The notes under the pieces are model-generated. The model was not told where the DNA came from and did not search any database. It was given only the letters and a program-made list of their open reading frames with translations. DNA of 64,000 bases from contig NC_068998.1 of NCBI RefSeq assembly GCF_001194135.2, positions 28,380,618 to 28,444,617 of the forward strand. The letters run 5' to 3'. Source of the stretch: Octopus bimaculoides. Lineage: Eukaryota. This document shows positions 40,639 to 53,929 of the stretch, one piece after another (the first letter of the stretch is position 1; the number at the start of each line of letters is the position of its first letter). The position numbers and the translations under genes are program-made.

Positions 40639-40780
40639 GTGAGTACATTATTTCTCCTCTTTCATCCTCTGCTTCTACTGTTTATCGACGTAGCAACATC
40701 GCTAGCGCTACTCCTTTCATTTCTACGCTGCTGTCATTACAGTTACAACCATGTCAAACTATAAACCGAACAGAATGTAC

Positions 40781-40821
<41 letters not shown>

Positions 40822-40830
40822 TTGGTGTAC

Positions 40831-40861
<31 letters not shown>

Positions 40862-41024
40862 TCGGTGTATGTGTGTCGGTGTATGTGTATATACATATCT
40901 GTGTCTCTATGTGTATAATGTGCATTTGAATGTGTGAATATGTGTATGTGTGTGTTTATGCATATGCGTATTTATGCGAGCATGTATGTGCGTTATACCT
41001 ATGTTTGTGCGTATATGTGTGAGG

Positions 41025-41025
<1 letters not shown>

Positions 41026-41096
<71 letters not shown>

Positions 41097-41140
41097 NNNN
41101 NNNNNNNNNNNNNNNNNNNNNNNNNNNNNNNNNNNNNNNN

Positions 41141-41194
<54 letters not shown>
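41026..41194. repeat. (GA)n microsatellite spanning an N-gap
   Basis: Direct reading. Another (GA)n run is at about 63617-63712. Confidence 0.95.
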
Positions 41195-41197
<3 letters not shown>

Positions 41198-42174
41198 CAG
41201 TGTTTGTGTTGTGAAGTTTTAGTAACTACGATCAAACTATTATAAATACTTCTTTCTTCGACTGTACAGAAATAGACTTCCACAGCAGAAACGTCAAATT
41301 TAACTAATCATGTGTGTGTTTGTGTATGTACGTGTGTGTCTGTTTGTGCATGTACGTGTGTGTGTTTATATGTGTGTGTGAATAAGAAATGTGTCGTTGA
41401 TGGTGACACTGTACCCATCTCTGATCTAGATGATCGTTGTAGACAAATGGTGACAGATGGCACTAGCCAATAGAGTAAATGTTAACACTTCCCTCTTTCT
41501 CTCTGGCTATGATATTTATTACCGACATCCTTTACAGCTATCAACCTGGTTTTTTTACTCATCCAAACAGACAGCTGTGTACTACATGAAACATTAGCTC
41601 TTTATTTTAGTGCACTAGATACGTGTGGACAACTAAAATAAACAAACTTCACACTGCTTGCTGATAAATATTGCAATATTAGAGTGTAATTAGAGTGTAA
41701 TTACTGTTTACTGTTTCAAAGGGTTGTACCCTTAATTACGTTATCATCTGGTTGTAATTAACGTATTTCTAAAATGTATAAATAAATAACAATAAAAGCA
41801 AATTCGGATGTAAAGCAAATCTCTGGGCTCATTTATAGTTTGTTGTCAGGTAAAGAATGTTGAGTGCTTTTACAGCGAACTTGTGGAAATATTTCATCTG
41901 TACTTTCAACACTTGTTGAACTGATTCTATGGTTTGTTATGCTACACAACAGGTTTTCATATTCACACCTGTTGTACATCTAGATCACTGACTGTACAAT
42001 AATATAAAGACGTCATATTCTGATGTATACGCAAGCACAGGAAAAGAAAAACACTATGTAAAAATCATATATTTACTGGAGGTGCTAAATGTTTTATTCG
42101 TTGTAACTTTCAACGTAAACAAATAAATAGTGTCTGCTGCACATAAACGCATAATTGCGCAGTCACGCACACGC

Positions 42175-42238
<64 letters not shown>

Positions 42239-43272
42239 TATACACAGCTCCACTTTCTGGGAGAATATTTATTATTCAGGAAGCTTTCTGCCTCCTCTAG
42301 AAGTATGACAGAGTTTCAAATCAACTGAGATTATCAAAGCACTTAGTTGACAAACCCCCTCCCCCTTTAAGGAGTATTTAAAATCTAGAAACACCATAAA
42401 CAAGAGAGATAACTCCAATGGCATCAATTCATCGAAATTTTTGAACAATATAGATAATGTTGGTTGTAATGGATCCGGACCCTAGGTTCGTCTTTTTTAT
42501 ATAGGATTTAGTGAACAATAGCGCCTTAACCACGAGAACATCTAATTTGACTGAAACGTGTCTGTTTCTTTTACCTGTTGGTTTCAAAGAGCAATCTGCA
42601 TTTATTGCAGTTATTTCAGGAGCTTGTTGAGTATTATAAATTATAGATTATTAAACACCCGAGAGGGAGAGTTTGTACTCTGATTGCTTTGATAACCTCA
42701 GTTGACCAAACGTTTTTTTTTTTTATCTCACTATATTTGTACTTCATATGTGGAAGGCATATAAAAAAAAACCCCAAAAATTATTTTCTCCATTCATTCA
42801 TATCATTGATGTCCTTAATCAGTGCCGTTATACGCCCTTTATGTATTGATCACTATTTGTCTTGCCAACTAAAATAGAATATACTCAGTTGAGGACTATA
42901 TTATGTTTCAGTTAGTAAGGTCTCCTAAACATGTTACCTGTTCCCATCAGTTGGCCTTAGAGACAAAGATTCATTGTGTATAGAGTTCAGAAACTTTGAT
43001 CAACTTGATCCTATTGGAATTATTACCGTTGCCCGTTGGTTTTAGACTTTAAGCGTCTGTAGAGGGAGCTTTTTTCTAGTAATTGCTTGCTTGAACGAAG
43101 TTTTCATTTCGCTACAATACATATAACACACATATTTAAGCCGACACAAAAATACGTTCACAAATGCCTGCAAACTTTCACATACCCAAACATGCTTATA
43201 TATATGTGCGTATGGATATATGTAGGTACTTACATGTATGTGTGTGTGTGTATATATTTATATATATGTATG

Positions 43273-43320
<48 letters not shown>

Positions 43321-43408
43321 AGTTCAAAAAGCAATAACAAAAAAAAACAACAAAGTGAGGACGTGATATGGATAGTGTTATTGGACGCTCAGGAAAGGAA
43401 AGAAAGAG

Positions 43409-43445
43409 TGTATGACGTTTCGGGCGTAGCCCTTCGTCGGAAAGA
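43409..43445 (-). ncRNA. Degenerate minimal type I hammerhead motif
   Basis: Minus strand reads TCTTT-CCGACGA-A-GGG-ctacg-CCC-GAAAC-GTC-ATACA. U4 is C and stem I is partly broken. Confidence 0.55.
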
Positions 43446-43679
43446 TGGAAAGTTCGGAGAATGGAAGAACGGAGAAAGAGGGAAATGGTACCGATGCCCA
43501 CGAGGTTACATTGTGAAAAAAAATACATGTATATATATATTTATATATGTACATATACATATTTATATATATAAATATATATATATATATATACATATGT
43601 ATATATAAGCATTTTGTATATCTATTTATCTATTTATCTATCCATCTGTCTGTGTGTTTATGTGTGTGTGTGTGTTTGT

Positions 43680-43980
43680 GTATACACTTATATACATGTG
43701 AAGGGGCGTGAGTTCGAAAACCCTCGGCGCGTTGTGTCCTTGTGCAGACATTTTATTTCACGTTGCTCCAGTCAGCCTGGTTGGCAAAAATGAGTTGTAC
43801 CGGTAATTTGAAGGGCCAGCCCAGCAAGATTCTGTGTCACGCTGAATCTCCTCGAGAACTATGTTAAGGGTACGCGTGTCTATGGAGCGCTCAGCTATTT
43901 TCACGTTAATTTCATGAGCAGGTTGATACGTCGATCGGATCAACTGAAACCCTCGTAGTCGTAACCGACGGAGTGCCAGT
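43680..43980 (+). mobile_element. SINE, family C
   Basis: GAGTTCGAAA B-box; body homologous to 7430-7705. Confidence 0.75.
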
Positions 43981-44741
43981 TATACACATACATGCTTATA
44001 TATACATACATATAAATATTCATATATGATTTCTTTCAGCCATTTCTGATGATTGGCAGAATTGGCTATTAAGAGATTGTATGATATTGTATTTTAGTAC
44101 AAATGATAGTACGTTTGAAAAGAGATATTTGTATACAATATCAATATCAAAATTCTGCACTAAATTTAATCGAAAGGAGTCATCTATGGCATACGTATAG
44201 TAAAGGCTACAAATTATCAACCGTGATAAAATAAAAAAAAGTCATATCTTCGCTTTGTAATTCTTTAACAAAGGTTAAAGGCAAACTGCTGCTGTTTCAG
44301 AAGCGTTTTTTTTTTATCGATAAATAATAATCCCCTTCAATGATGCCTAAATATCACTTCTTGTGATATTTTTTTCTCCAAACCCAATTTTTAATTTTCA
44401 ATTCACCAGAGGAAAATATTTTTCATGATGTAATCGAATAATTCATCAATAGAAAATACTCTTGAAACAGCTGAAATGAACCTTAACCCATTTATGTTGG
44501 ATCTGGAACTTGCATTGGATCGAGAACCTGCATGCCTGTGTGCATCGGTACATAATTGCATATACATGCGTAGTTATATCCTTGTGCTTATTTGTGTGAA
44601 CATGTACATATGTTTGTAGGTGTATGAATATGCCCGTATATGCACGGGTATGTAGGGATGTATTTGTGTATGGTATATACATGTATGTGCCGAACTCGAC
44701 CCTGACTTGGTGTCCTTAATATTACGAATCTTATATACATC

Positions 44742-44832
<91 letters not shown>

Positions 44833-45064
44833 GGCGAAACTAGTCTAGTGATTCTAGAGATGCGCATGGGGCAGTTATCTCCCCTGTCAGTGTATATATA
44901 TTGCACGCTTCTTACAGCATTAAGAGTTTTTAACTCTTCTTTCCGGCAATATAGGTGCTTCGGCATCGTCAGTCACAATTAGTGATGATAAAAATTTTCC
45001 TTTATGGTATTATATTGCGCCTAGCTGGTTATATTCATTTTTAATATACGCATTAACATATACC

Positions 45065-45517
45065 ATTAATAGTTATCGCCAAGCTAACACGGCAGTCCAG
45101 AAAAAATAGGACGAATGCTGCCGTTCACTAGCTCCAAGAGGCCATCGCCTCTAGCTATGTGACACACAAACCTGTGTCCATTACAGCCTTCGAACAGGGG
45201 AGGTCATCAACTTCCTCATGCTGGTTCAGACATCCACAGACTAGTTTCAGGGTATTTGCCCTGTAGCAATGTGGAGTAGTCGAACCCAGCAGGCGTCGCT
45301 GTTGACTGTCTGTTCGAAGATTTATATATATTCAGTGGAACACATCCAAAACTAGTCTGTGGATGTCTGAACCAGCATGGGGAAGCTGATGACCTTCCCT
45401 GTTCGAAGGTTGTATGTCAAATAGCTAGCTAGATGCGATGGCCTCTTGAAGCTAATCAACGGCAGTATTCGTCCTATTTTTCTGGACTGCCATGTTAGCT
45501 TGGTGATATCTATTAAT
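45065..45517. mobile_element. Foldback MITE with about 180-bp TIRs
   Basis: 45071-45247 is the reverse complement of about 45348-45511, with ATTAAT on both sides (TA- or TTAA-type target). Confidence 0.88.
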
Positions 45518-45651
45518 ACCCAGTACTGCTGCCGTAGTCTCCTTTAGAGAGATTTAGAAATAATATTTCTATTTTTGAAAGCCATAAATTTTTCTGGTAA
45601 AATATATATACTGACAGCCGGATTTAGCCAAACCGTCGAGGGTGTGAGCAG

Positions 45652-45697
45652 TCACTACTGACGAACCTATGACTGATAGGCAAAACTAGTCTAGTAA
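45652..45697 (+). ncRNA. Degenerate type I hammerhead motif
   Basis: TCACTA-CTGACGA-ACCTAT-gactg-ATAGGC-AAAAC-TA-GTC-TAGTAA. G12 is A here, but the sister copy at 44833-44851 keeps GGCGAAACTAGTCTAGTGA. Confidence 0.65.
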
Positions 45698-46115
45698 TCC
45701 TAGAGACGATTATGGGGCGGTTACCTCTCTTATCAGTATATATACATTGCGCACTTTTTACAACATTAAGCATTTTTAACTCTTATTTCTTGTAATATAG
45801 GTGCTTCGGCATCGTCAGTCACAATTAGTGACGATAAAATTTTCCTTTTATGGTATTATATTGCACCTAGCTGTTATATAAATTTTACATACACACACAT
45901 ATACAATACATACATACATAGATATAGATATAAATATGTATGTATATGTATAAATGTCGCTTATGTGTATTTTTATGTATATATTCTTTCCTACATATAT
46001 ACATATATGTTTGTGTGTGTGCGTGTGCATGATTTATAGTAAAAAAGCTGCATAAGTGACGCAAGTGCTCAAGGGCCAATTCGAGATGAAACTCTTAGTC
46101 CTTGAGTCACGATTG

Positions 46116-46198
<83 letters not shown>

Positions 46199-46504
46199 CA
46201 GCACACACTACACACACATATACTTCTGTTACATACTGGACGGTGACTTCAGTGCGACGGACCTTACCTTATTACACTCTTAAGGATTATGTTTGGATGA
46301 CAAGCGTCTGGGAATACTCAGTCTCTTACACTTTAATTGCAAGTGACGGAAGATTCATGTATAGAGAGTGTACGTATGTGCATATGTGTGTATGTGCGCA
46401 TGTGTTGTGTGTGTATGTGTGTAGGTGTGCGCTAGGTGTGTGAATAAGCATGAAAAAATAGAAAAGGTAAAACTCCTTTCTGCCTATCCTTAGAACCCGC
46501 CTTT

Positions 46505-46540
<36 letters not shown>

Positions 46541-47049
46541 TGTCACTGGCACTGTTCCACTTTTTTTACACATTAATATCAATTGAAAGACATGAACCCT
46601 CACAATATCATATTTTTTATAAATGCAAGAGGTCAAGTCGTGCCTAATCAAAATCTCCACCCAGTTTCAATTATCAGTTGATGCAACAACAGTTATGCAC
46701 CTAATCCTCCCGCCAAATGGACGTCAATGTTTCTTTCCATTCTTGCCCTTAAAATGTAAGTCTTTCGTACCAAATCAATAGAAAACTTATACAAAATAAT
46801 AATAATTGATCCTCGAAGTGACTTAATAACTGGTGCAAAATATTGATTTCTGTTTTTTGCTTATACGAGGCTAAATTTATGAGATTTTGTGGCGTTAATG
46901 TTTTCCCCTGACGAATTTGAAGAGGAACGATGAGGTTTCAAATGTAATGTATTCGTCACATGTTAGGGATTAGCTAAATGAGAACCTAAGAGGTTAAACT
47001 TTGCAAGAGCTAATATTTCTTTATTATTCTTTTATTCTTATATTGTTAC

Positions 47050-47275
47050 TTGTTTCAGTCATTTGACTGCGGCTATGCTGGAGCATCACCTCACAAAGTT
47101 CTTTTAGTCGAAGAAATCAACCCCAGAACTTATTCTTTGTATGCCTAGTACTTATTCTATCGGCCCCTTTTGCCGAAGTTATGGGGGCGTAAACACACGA
47201 ACATCGATTGTCAAGTGATGGTGTGGGGACAAACACAGTCACAAAGAAACACACACACACACATATATACATACA

Positions 47276-47344
<69 letters not shown>

Positions 47345-47485
47345 GACGGACTTCTTTCAGTTTCCGTCTACCAAGTCCACTCACAAAGTTTTGGTCGGCC
47401 CAAGGCTATAGTAGAAGATACTTGCCCAAGGTGCCACGCAGTGGGACTGAATCCGGAATCGTGTGGTTGGAAATCAAGCTTCTTT
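47050..47485 (-). mobile_element. SINE, family B, with internal (CA)n
   Basis: Reverse complement of the family-B head and tail. Confidence 0.88.
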
Positions 47486-47779
47486 ATTTCATAAATTTTG
47501 CCATAAAGGCATTACATAGAGGAGACAAACAAAGACAAACAAACATAAAGAAGCTGCGGGCTGGACACGGACGTTAATGAGTGAAATGAATACAAAAAGA
47601 TGAGTAAAAAATGAGAGAGGCACCAGCGCCCGCCGACCGACAACCCCTCGAGAAGCAAGCTTCTTACCACACAGCAACACTTGCATGAGCGAATAAGACT
47701 GACTAGGTCAAAAATTGTTCAATAAAAATCATCAACAAAATCAAATTAAATCAAGTTCTAAAGTCCTCCACATCCGGGC

Positions 47780-49080
47780 CCCCAAGATTCCTGCTACCTG
47801 CAGGAAAGCCCGCAATGGCTGGCTCGGCTTTATGATGATGAAGTCCTTCTTGTCACATATCCTTTCAACTTTGTAACCTTCACTAACATATAAGACCTCC
47901 GCACACACCTGCGGAGGCCAATTTGGGTCGTCTATAGCGGTCGAATCGTACCGTTTCCGAAAATAGTAAGGTGTGGAAGAGATAACCAGTCGCTTAGCTA
48001 TATTTGAATTAATAGTGTTAAAGCTGGAGAGAGCTCCGTCAATGTATAATGTATAAAAAAGGCCTCAGATCATTAGAAATATGGTGAGTCTATAGGGATG
48101 TAGCTTGATCAGAAAGTTTGCAGCCATGCCTGGACAAGGTGTTTGTTTATGTATCAATCAGTGACTTTGTAAGGGACCAGTAATATGCCATAGAGAAAAG
48201 TATCCTTTCAATGTTTCAAATTCGTCCATTAGAAGATGACCTGTGGACGTCCATGGTCAAAATCCTGATAGGTGATAGTCGTACCGCTATTGGAAATAAA
48301 CTTCAGACATTGGCGATGAAATGAGTGACGCGGGTGCCATAGCACACGTAGTAAGATGCAAGTTGTAGCCGATAGATGACGACGACGCTGCTGCTGCTGC
48401 TGATGATGACGACGATGACGGCAACAGCGACGCTGATGATGATAATTGTATAGAAGTAACATTGATACTTACTGAGAACAGAAAGAACTCCTAAGCGTAA
48501 AAGCAGCGATCGTTTATGATGCGAGAAATGTTGGTAATAAAAGTGATATTTCGGTATTTAACAGGTCAACAAGGTTTCTTAGTAATAGAACACGTTGTTA
48601 TGTATTTCTTCCTCTTTGTAGAAGAAAAGAGGAAAGCTTTAAGGTGTTTAGTGAAGAAAGAACGTACAATTTGAAGGTGTTTAATTTTGTTTTTCTATAA
48701 GTTGTTGATGAAGTAAACTTCATTGTTGAATATTGAAGTCCTGAAGTATTATAGAATTGATTGTAATATAATGAAGTGTAGAATATTTAAACTTAGCGTT
48801 GTGTTGTATTCCAATGCTTGAAATGGCTTTAATAGCTCCATGTTTCTAAAATGAAATAGTGCATATCAAGATCGTAACTTATTCTATATTTCCATGATTA
48901 TTGCTTACTTGGCGAATTTGGTTAGGATTTAGCCAGAATATCTGTGGAAAGGTTGGAATATAGCTAGAATGCTAGAGTTTAAATTAGAGGTGCCTATGAA
49001 CGCTGTAGGAAAATATTAAAAGGAAATTATAATAGTATTTGGTCTATAAATTTATTAAATACTTTCTTTTATTGTAGACT
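47780..49080 (-). mobile_element. Possible highly decayed PLE
   Basis: Faint collinear motifs (SLLLRLG, NIAKRLVISS, VC.EVLY); many stops. Confidence 0.3.
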
Positions 49081-49193
49081 GTGGCTGTTTTCAGTAACGT
49101 AATTCAGGAAAGCTAACACAAATTCTCATGTCATCTATGGATAGACGATAAATCGTCTATTCATAGATAAAGTAAAATTTATAATAATTCATA

Positions 49194-49365
49194 ATATGCT
49201 TAGCGGTATTTCGCCTGTCTTTACGTTCTGAGTTCAAATTCCGCCGAGGTTGACTTTGCCTTTCATCCTTTCGGGGTCGATAAATTAAGTACTAGTTGCG
49301 TACTGGAGTCGATCTAATCGACTGGTCCCCTTCCCAAAAATTTAGGGCCTTATGCCTAGAGTAAA
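49194..49365 (+). mobile_element. 5'-truncated family-A SINE
   Basis: ATGCTTAGCGGTATTTCG..GAGTTCAAATTCCGCCGAGG. Confidence 0.88.
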
Positions 49366-49999
49366 AAAAAAAATTTCTTTTACTTATATAATTTGCCTCT
49401 GATTAACCAAAGTTAATTTTCTGAGGAGACAATTTGATCTCAGTATCATATTGGTACACTCCGAGATATCAAACATCCTAAATTTTTGTCTTGATCATTT
49501 CCTTTCCTCATATTTGATAATCGACTATTTCAAATTATGACAATTTAGATCATATTTTACATAAACATATTGAATAATTAATGGCTTTCAGTGTTGTAAA
49601 GAGAAATCAGGGAACACATGAACATCAGCGAAGCAAATTTTAGTCTTTCTCACAAAGCAATTATCAAGCGAAAATTTAAATAATACTTTTTTTTTTTTTT
49701 TACATCAGTAACATGTTGTTTTGTCGTGTTTTACTGTTTGGTAGATTTTATTGTTTTCCAGATGGATGCTGGTAAATATCCAGATGAATTTTATGAACGG
49801 TTTTCTATTTTTGTATCAAGAAATTGCAAAACTGTTTAAAACAGTAATCTCTTTATCAGAGCGCTGAAATATAAACACTAAATATTACATACTGCTTTCC
49901 GAAGGGGTGTCTGTGTGTTTGGAAAATACCATTAAAAAAAAAAAAGAAACTCTAATTGTTCTTACTATATATGTGTCGGAAGAAAATTGTTCATAATCT

Positions 50000-50560
50000 G
50001 TGGAAACTCTTGTGAGACAGAAGATAAGGGGAATGTATTTATCATAATGCTTGAAAATTTAGAGATTAGCGGCAGATGGAAACAATTAGAGGTAAATAAG
50101 GAGTTCGGTGGAAAACTGGTTATCAGACAGAAAAACTGGATGAGCAAATTAGTGAGAGAAACTATTAAAGTTGTAGTTAATTATGGGTAATGGAGAATTG
50201 TAGGTATAAATTTCAAATATGATGCGTCATTATAGAAGAGTGACGCCAAGCGAGTTCTAAAGATGATCAATAAGAAATGTTTTATCATTCAATTGCATTA
50301 TCTTGATCCTGACCTAAGATTTCTGGAAAAGTCCTATATCGATGATGGCTTTTGTTGAGCATTAACAAATAGTGAGAACTTTTCTTCATATGGGAATTAT
50401 CGATATTAGAGGACTGCGTCGGATTATCTTGGTCGCAGAGTGCTTATAACCTTTGAAGGCCCTCCTAGGCTTGTGAGATTGATGCTGTTGATTAATATAA
50501 CGTTTGTATCAGAATGTTGACATGAATGTGAAGGGCATTTGTTCAAAGGATCTCTATCAA
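50000..50560 (-). mobile_element. Possible decayed Naiad-like GIY-YIG region
   Basis: NKCPSHSC..TNVIL, RAFKGYKHS, SGSR*CN; weak. Confidence 0.3.
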
Positions 50561-51059
50561 TATTCTTATCATAATAAATGCCCACATCAATGTCTCTATC
50601 AAGATCTAAAGTAAGGCGCTATAGCATAGTAACGTGTCAACAACGAAAACACCTATGACAGCCTATTCTATAATCTCTATAGACACTCCCCAACAGTTAA
50701 TAATGCGAAGATAAAATCTTCAGTGAACTGTAAATAATTTCTCTAAAATCTTTTAATAATTTATTTCGTAAAAATGTAAAATATGTACTCGCTAAAATGA
50801 ACACAGAAATTAATTGTCAATAGAAATATTTGACAATGAAATGCCAAAGATATCACAATAATTTTGGTGATAACTAGCGTCTGATTATTTACATAAGTAT
50901 TTTTATTTATTTATGTGTTTCAGCATGGCTGCGGCCATGCTGGTGCGTCAATTTTTCTTAGTTTTGTCCGAAACAATTTGTATTCTTGTTAAAAGAGTTA
51001 CAAAGAAATAATGAGCTTATTCATAATAGAATAGAGGAGAAATATTTACTTTGTTACTA

Positions 51060-51435
51060 TCACTAGGCGTAGGAGTGGTAAGTAACTTGCTTACCAACCA
51101 CATGGTCCCGGGTTCAGTCCCACTGCGTGGCATCTTGGGCAAATGTCTTCTACTATAGCCTCGGGCCGACCAAAGCCTTGTGAGTGGATTTGGTAGACGG
51201 AAACTGAAAGAAGCCCGTCGTATATATGTATGTGTGTATGTGTTTGTGTGTCTGTTTGTCCCCCCCCCCCAACATTGCTTGACAACCGATGCTGGTGTGT
51301 TTATGTCCCCGTAACTTAGTGGTTCGGCAATAGAGACCGATAGAATAAGTACTAGGCTTCTAAAAGAATAAGTCCTGGTGTCGATTTGCTCGACTAAAGG
51401 TGGTGCTCCAGCATGGCCACAGTCAAAAGACTGAA
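51060..51435 (+). mobile_element. SINE, family B, near complete
   Basis: GGCGTAGGAGTGGTAAG head, GGGTTCAGTCC B-box, tail GACTGAAACAAG-(TAAGAG-like). Confidence 0.9.
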
Positions 51436-52369
51436 ACAAGTAATAGAGTAATAGAGTATCACTGCTGAAGTAGTCGGTTTAATAACTAGGAGCTCCAAAT
51501 ATATTGCAAAAGCGCTTCCAGCCAGTTGACATATGATATAACATTACACCGTCTCATCTGGCCATGTGATATTTTCTTCACATTAAGTTTTTGTATGTTT
51601 CTAAATTCTGATGAAGCTTTTGGAAAAGGCGAATACGATGAAATGGTAAAGCGAAACATTTGCTCTTCTCTACATCGTAGTTTTAGAAACTAATGATGCT
51701 GTTACTATTTTCTTTGTGTATATTTCTATGGACTGAGCAGAAAAATAATGTTATTATGTTTATGTTACAGTAAATGAGTCTGGATGTTTAGAAGTAATTG
51801 TATAGGAACCATGTGGGTAGCATCTTGCGGAATAGAACGAGGTGCCCTTGCATGTCCTGGTCGCCTTTAGTTTTATGTTTTTTGTTATTATGGAGATAGT
51901 CTGTGATCGGTTCAGCCAGTTTTCCGAAGTGTTATGTTCTGGTGTTCTTGAAGTGTGTTGCGATTTATTATAGTGTGACTAAAGCCAAGTAATACTGGCA
52001 AAATCTATGATGGATCTCATACAGAGTACCGATGCAAAGTAGTGCTATTTAATTTGCTTTTTTTCGCCATGCTTTCAACGTGTAATCAAGCAGGTAATAC
52101 GTCAGTAGATTCTCGATTAACTGCGTCGCTTCTTATATATTATGATTCCACTTAGTTGAGGAGCATATTACGTATTGCAGCATGCAGTAGTTGATCGTAT
52201 GGGAAATAAAGTGGTATTCTCTCTGCTGTCTGCTATATTTCTGTTCACCTGTTAGGTTTGATGGGTGTCAGCAAAGTTGACATGGTCTCGTGACAGTTAC
52301 TGCTTCTCTGTTCCTATTGCTGGTGATATGCATCCCTGCACAGTGACTAGGCTAATGTTATAATTGATA

Positions 52370-52791
52370 CGAGATGCGTTCAAAAAGAACCCGACTTTAT
52401 TTTCCACCGCTAAAACAAATGCCGTACGGGCAAAATCCTTTGGGTGCGCATGCATGAAAATTTTCGTGCCGGTAGGCCGCATCAGTTCCCGGCTGTTACG
52501 CCTAGAGTACGGACGTCTATGCGCCCTCGTCGGATTTTCGTTTTCATGAAAGATAACCGAATGCATCTAACAGAGACCATAAACCCCGTGTCTAATCATC
52601 GGTGATGATGGTCTTCATGTAGTCAGGGTCGTGGTTTGTACAGTCCAGCATGTCTTAAGCAGTTTACATGCGGAGTTGCTTCTGCAAGTTTATGAAGGGT
52701 GACGTTGCCTCCCACCCAAAACTCTTTACCCACGCGACATTTGTTTTTGCGGGTTAAAAAATAAAGTCGGATACTTTTTGAACGCACCACG
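52370..52791. mobile_element. Tc1/mariner-type MITE
   Basis: TIRs CGAGATGCGTTCAAAAAGAACCCGACTTTATTTT and AAAATAAAGTCGGATACTTTTTGAACGCACCACG, with TA on both sides. Confidence 0.9.
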
Positions 52792-53929
52792 TATTATTTT
52801 ATTGCGAATATATTTTTTGAAGGTTTAATGCAGTTGGATCATGCATTTATAATGAAAATTAGACAGTCCACAAAAAATTGCAGGATGTGTCATCCACACC
52901 TTTACCTATTTCGAAAATATACCGTTGTATTATATCATTGCACAAAGGAATTTATTGATTATGCTAGTTTCTGGTATGTGCAACATACTATGTGACTCCT
53001 TACTTAACTTCTGGTAGGACCAATTCTTCACCAATTGTATTAGGCGTTCTGGATTTCACAATCGCTAATGAAGTTTTGTAAGAGGCGCATAACCATAATA
53101 TCTTTACACTGGTAGAATTAAAACATACTTGACATTGTCAGCTGTTTACAAAATTAGCCTGGAAATGCTTCAAAATAAGATGGATCTTATTTGTCTTGTC
53201 AGCATGAACGTTTTTCAAGTGCTTTTCTAATCTTGAATGTTTCATGAATTCATTGGAAAGTACTTATTGGCAATTCAGGCAAATAACTTGTTTCTAAGTG
53301 ATGGAATAAAACCTTAAATTTAATATTCGATACGTTATAGCCAGAATTTTTTCTTAGATTCTGCTGTTGCTCAATGTGTAAAAAATATATCATAACAGAT
53401 ATATAAATTGTTTATTTTTTATAATATTAATTAAATTATGCTATCACAATATTCAATGTAGACGACAGTTATATAAGGACTAATAATTTGTATTTTGTTC
53501 TATTTATTCATTTCTCTTTACCCTCCAACATTTACTACCACAACCTTGCTTTGCAATGTCATTCTTGTGTCTTCCAGCGACCCAAAGGCTTGTATGTATG
53601 TATGTAGGTAGGCAGACAGGCAGGCAGGCAGATATTCATGTGCACCACATATACGTGTTAATGTGTGCGCGCGTATAACTACACGTGAACACGTGCATAT
53701 CACGTGCATATACGTATGTACAAAGCACACACATATACATCTGCACCCCTGACAGCACACACAGCTGGAAGGATGACAACATTATATATTTCAATTTCGG
53801 TATCAATGCGAATACCATGGTTGTTCCACATTCTGTGCCGAAATTTTCCAAAAGCTGCACCGCTTTGCTAATATGAGATTGCATTTCAACATCAATGCAG
53901 GCACTTGAGAACTGTGCACTTCCAGGATA

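Larger units (their letters stand above)
44831..45880 (+). repeat. About 1.5 tandem copies of a roughly 400-nt HHR-bounded unit, interrupted by a MITE
   Basis: 44838-45032 and 45684-45877 are direct homologues, and both start at the 3' half of an HHR (AAACTAGTC-TAGT). Confidence 0.75.

Noticed and set aside
44955-44975. Antisense CTGACGATGCCGAAG suggesting an opposite-polarity hammerhead
   Set aside because: GAAG rather than GAAA, and no stem I or III can form.
46900-46965. CTGACGA-ATTTGAAG..TTTCAAAT-GTAATGTATTCGTC
   Set aside because: GAAA is mutated and stem I is absent; possible fossil only.
51608-51665. CTGATGA-A-GCTTT..AAAGC-GAAAC
   Set aside because: Stem II is plausible, but stem III, the cleavage triplet and a directly adjoining stem I are missing.
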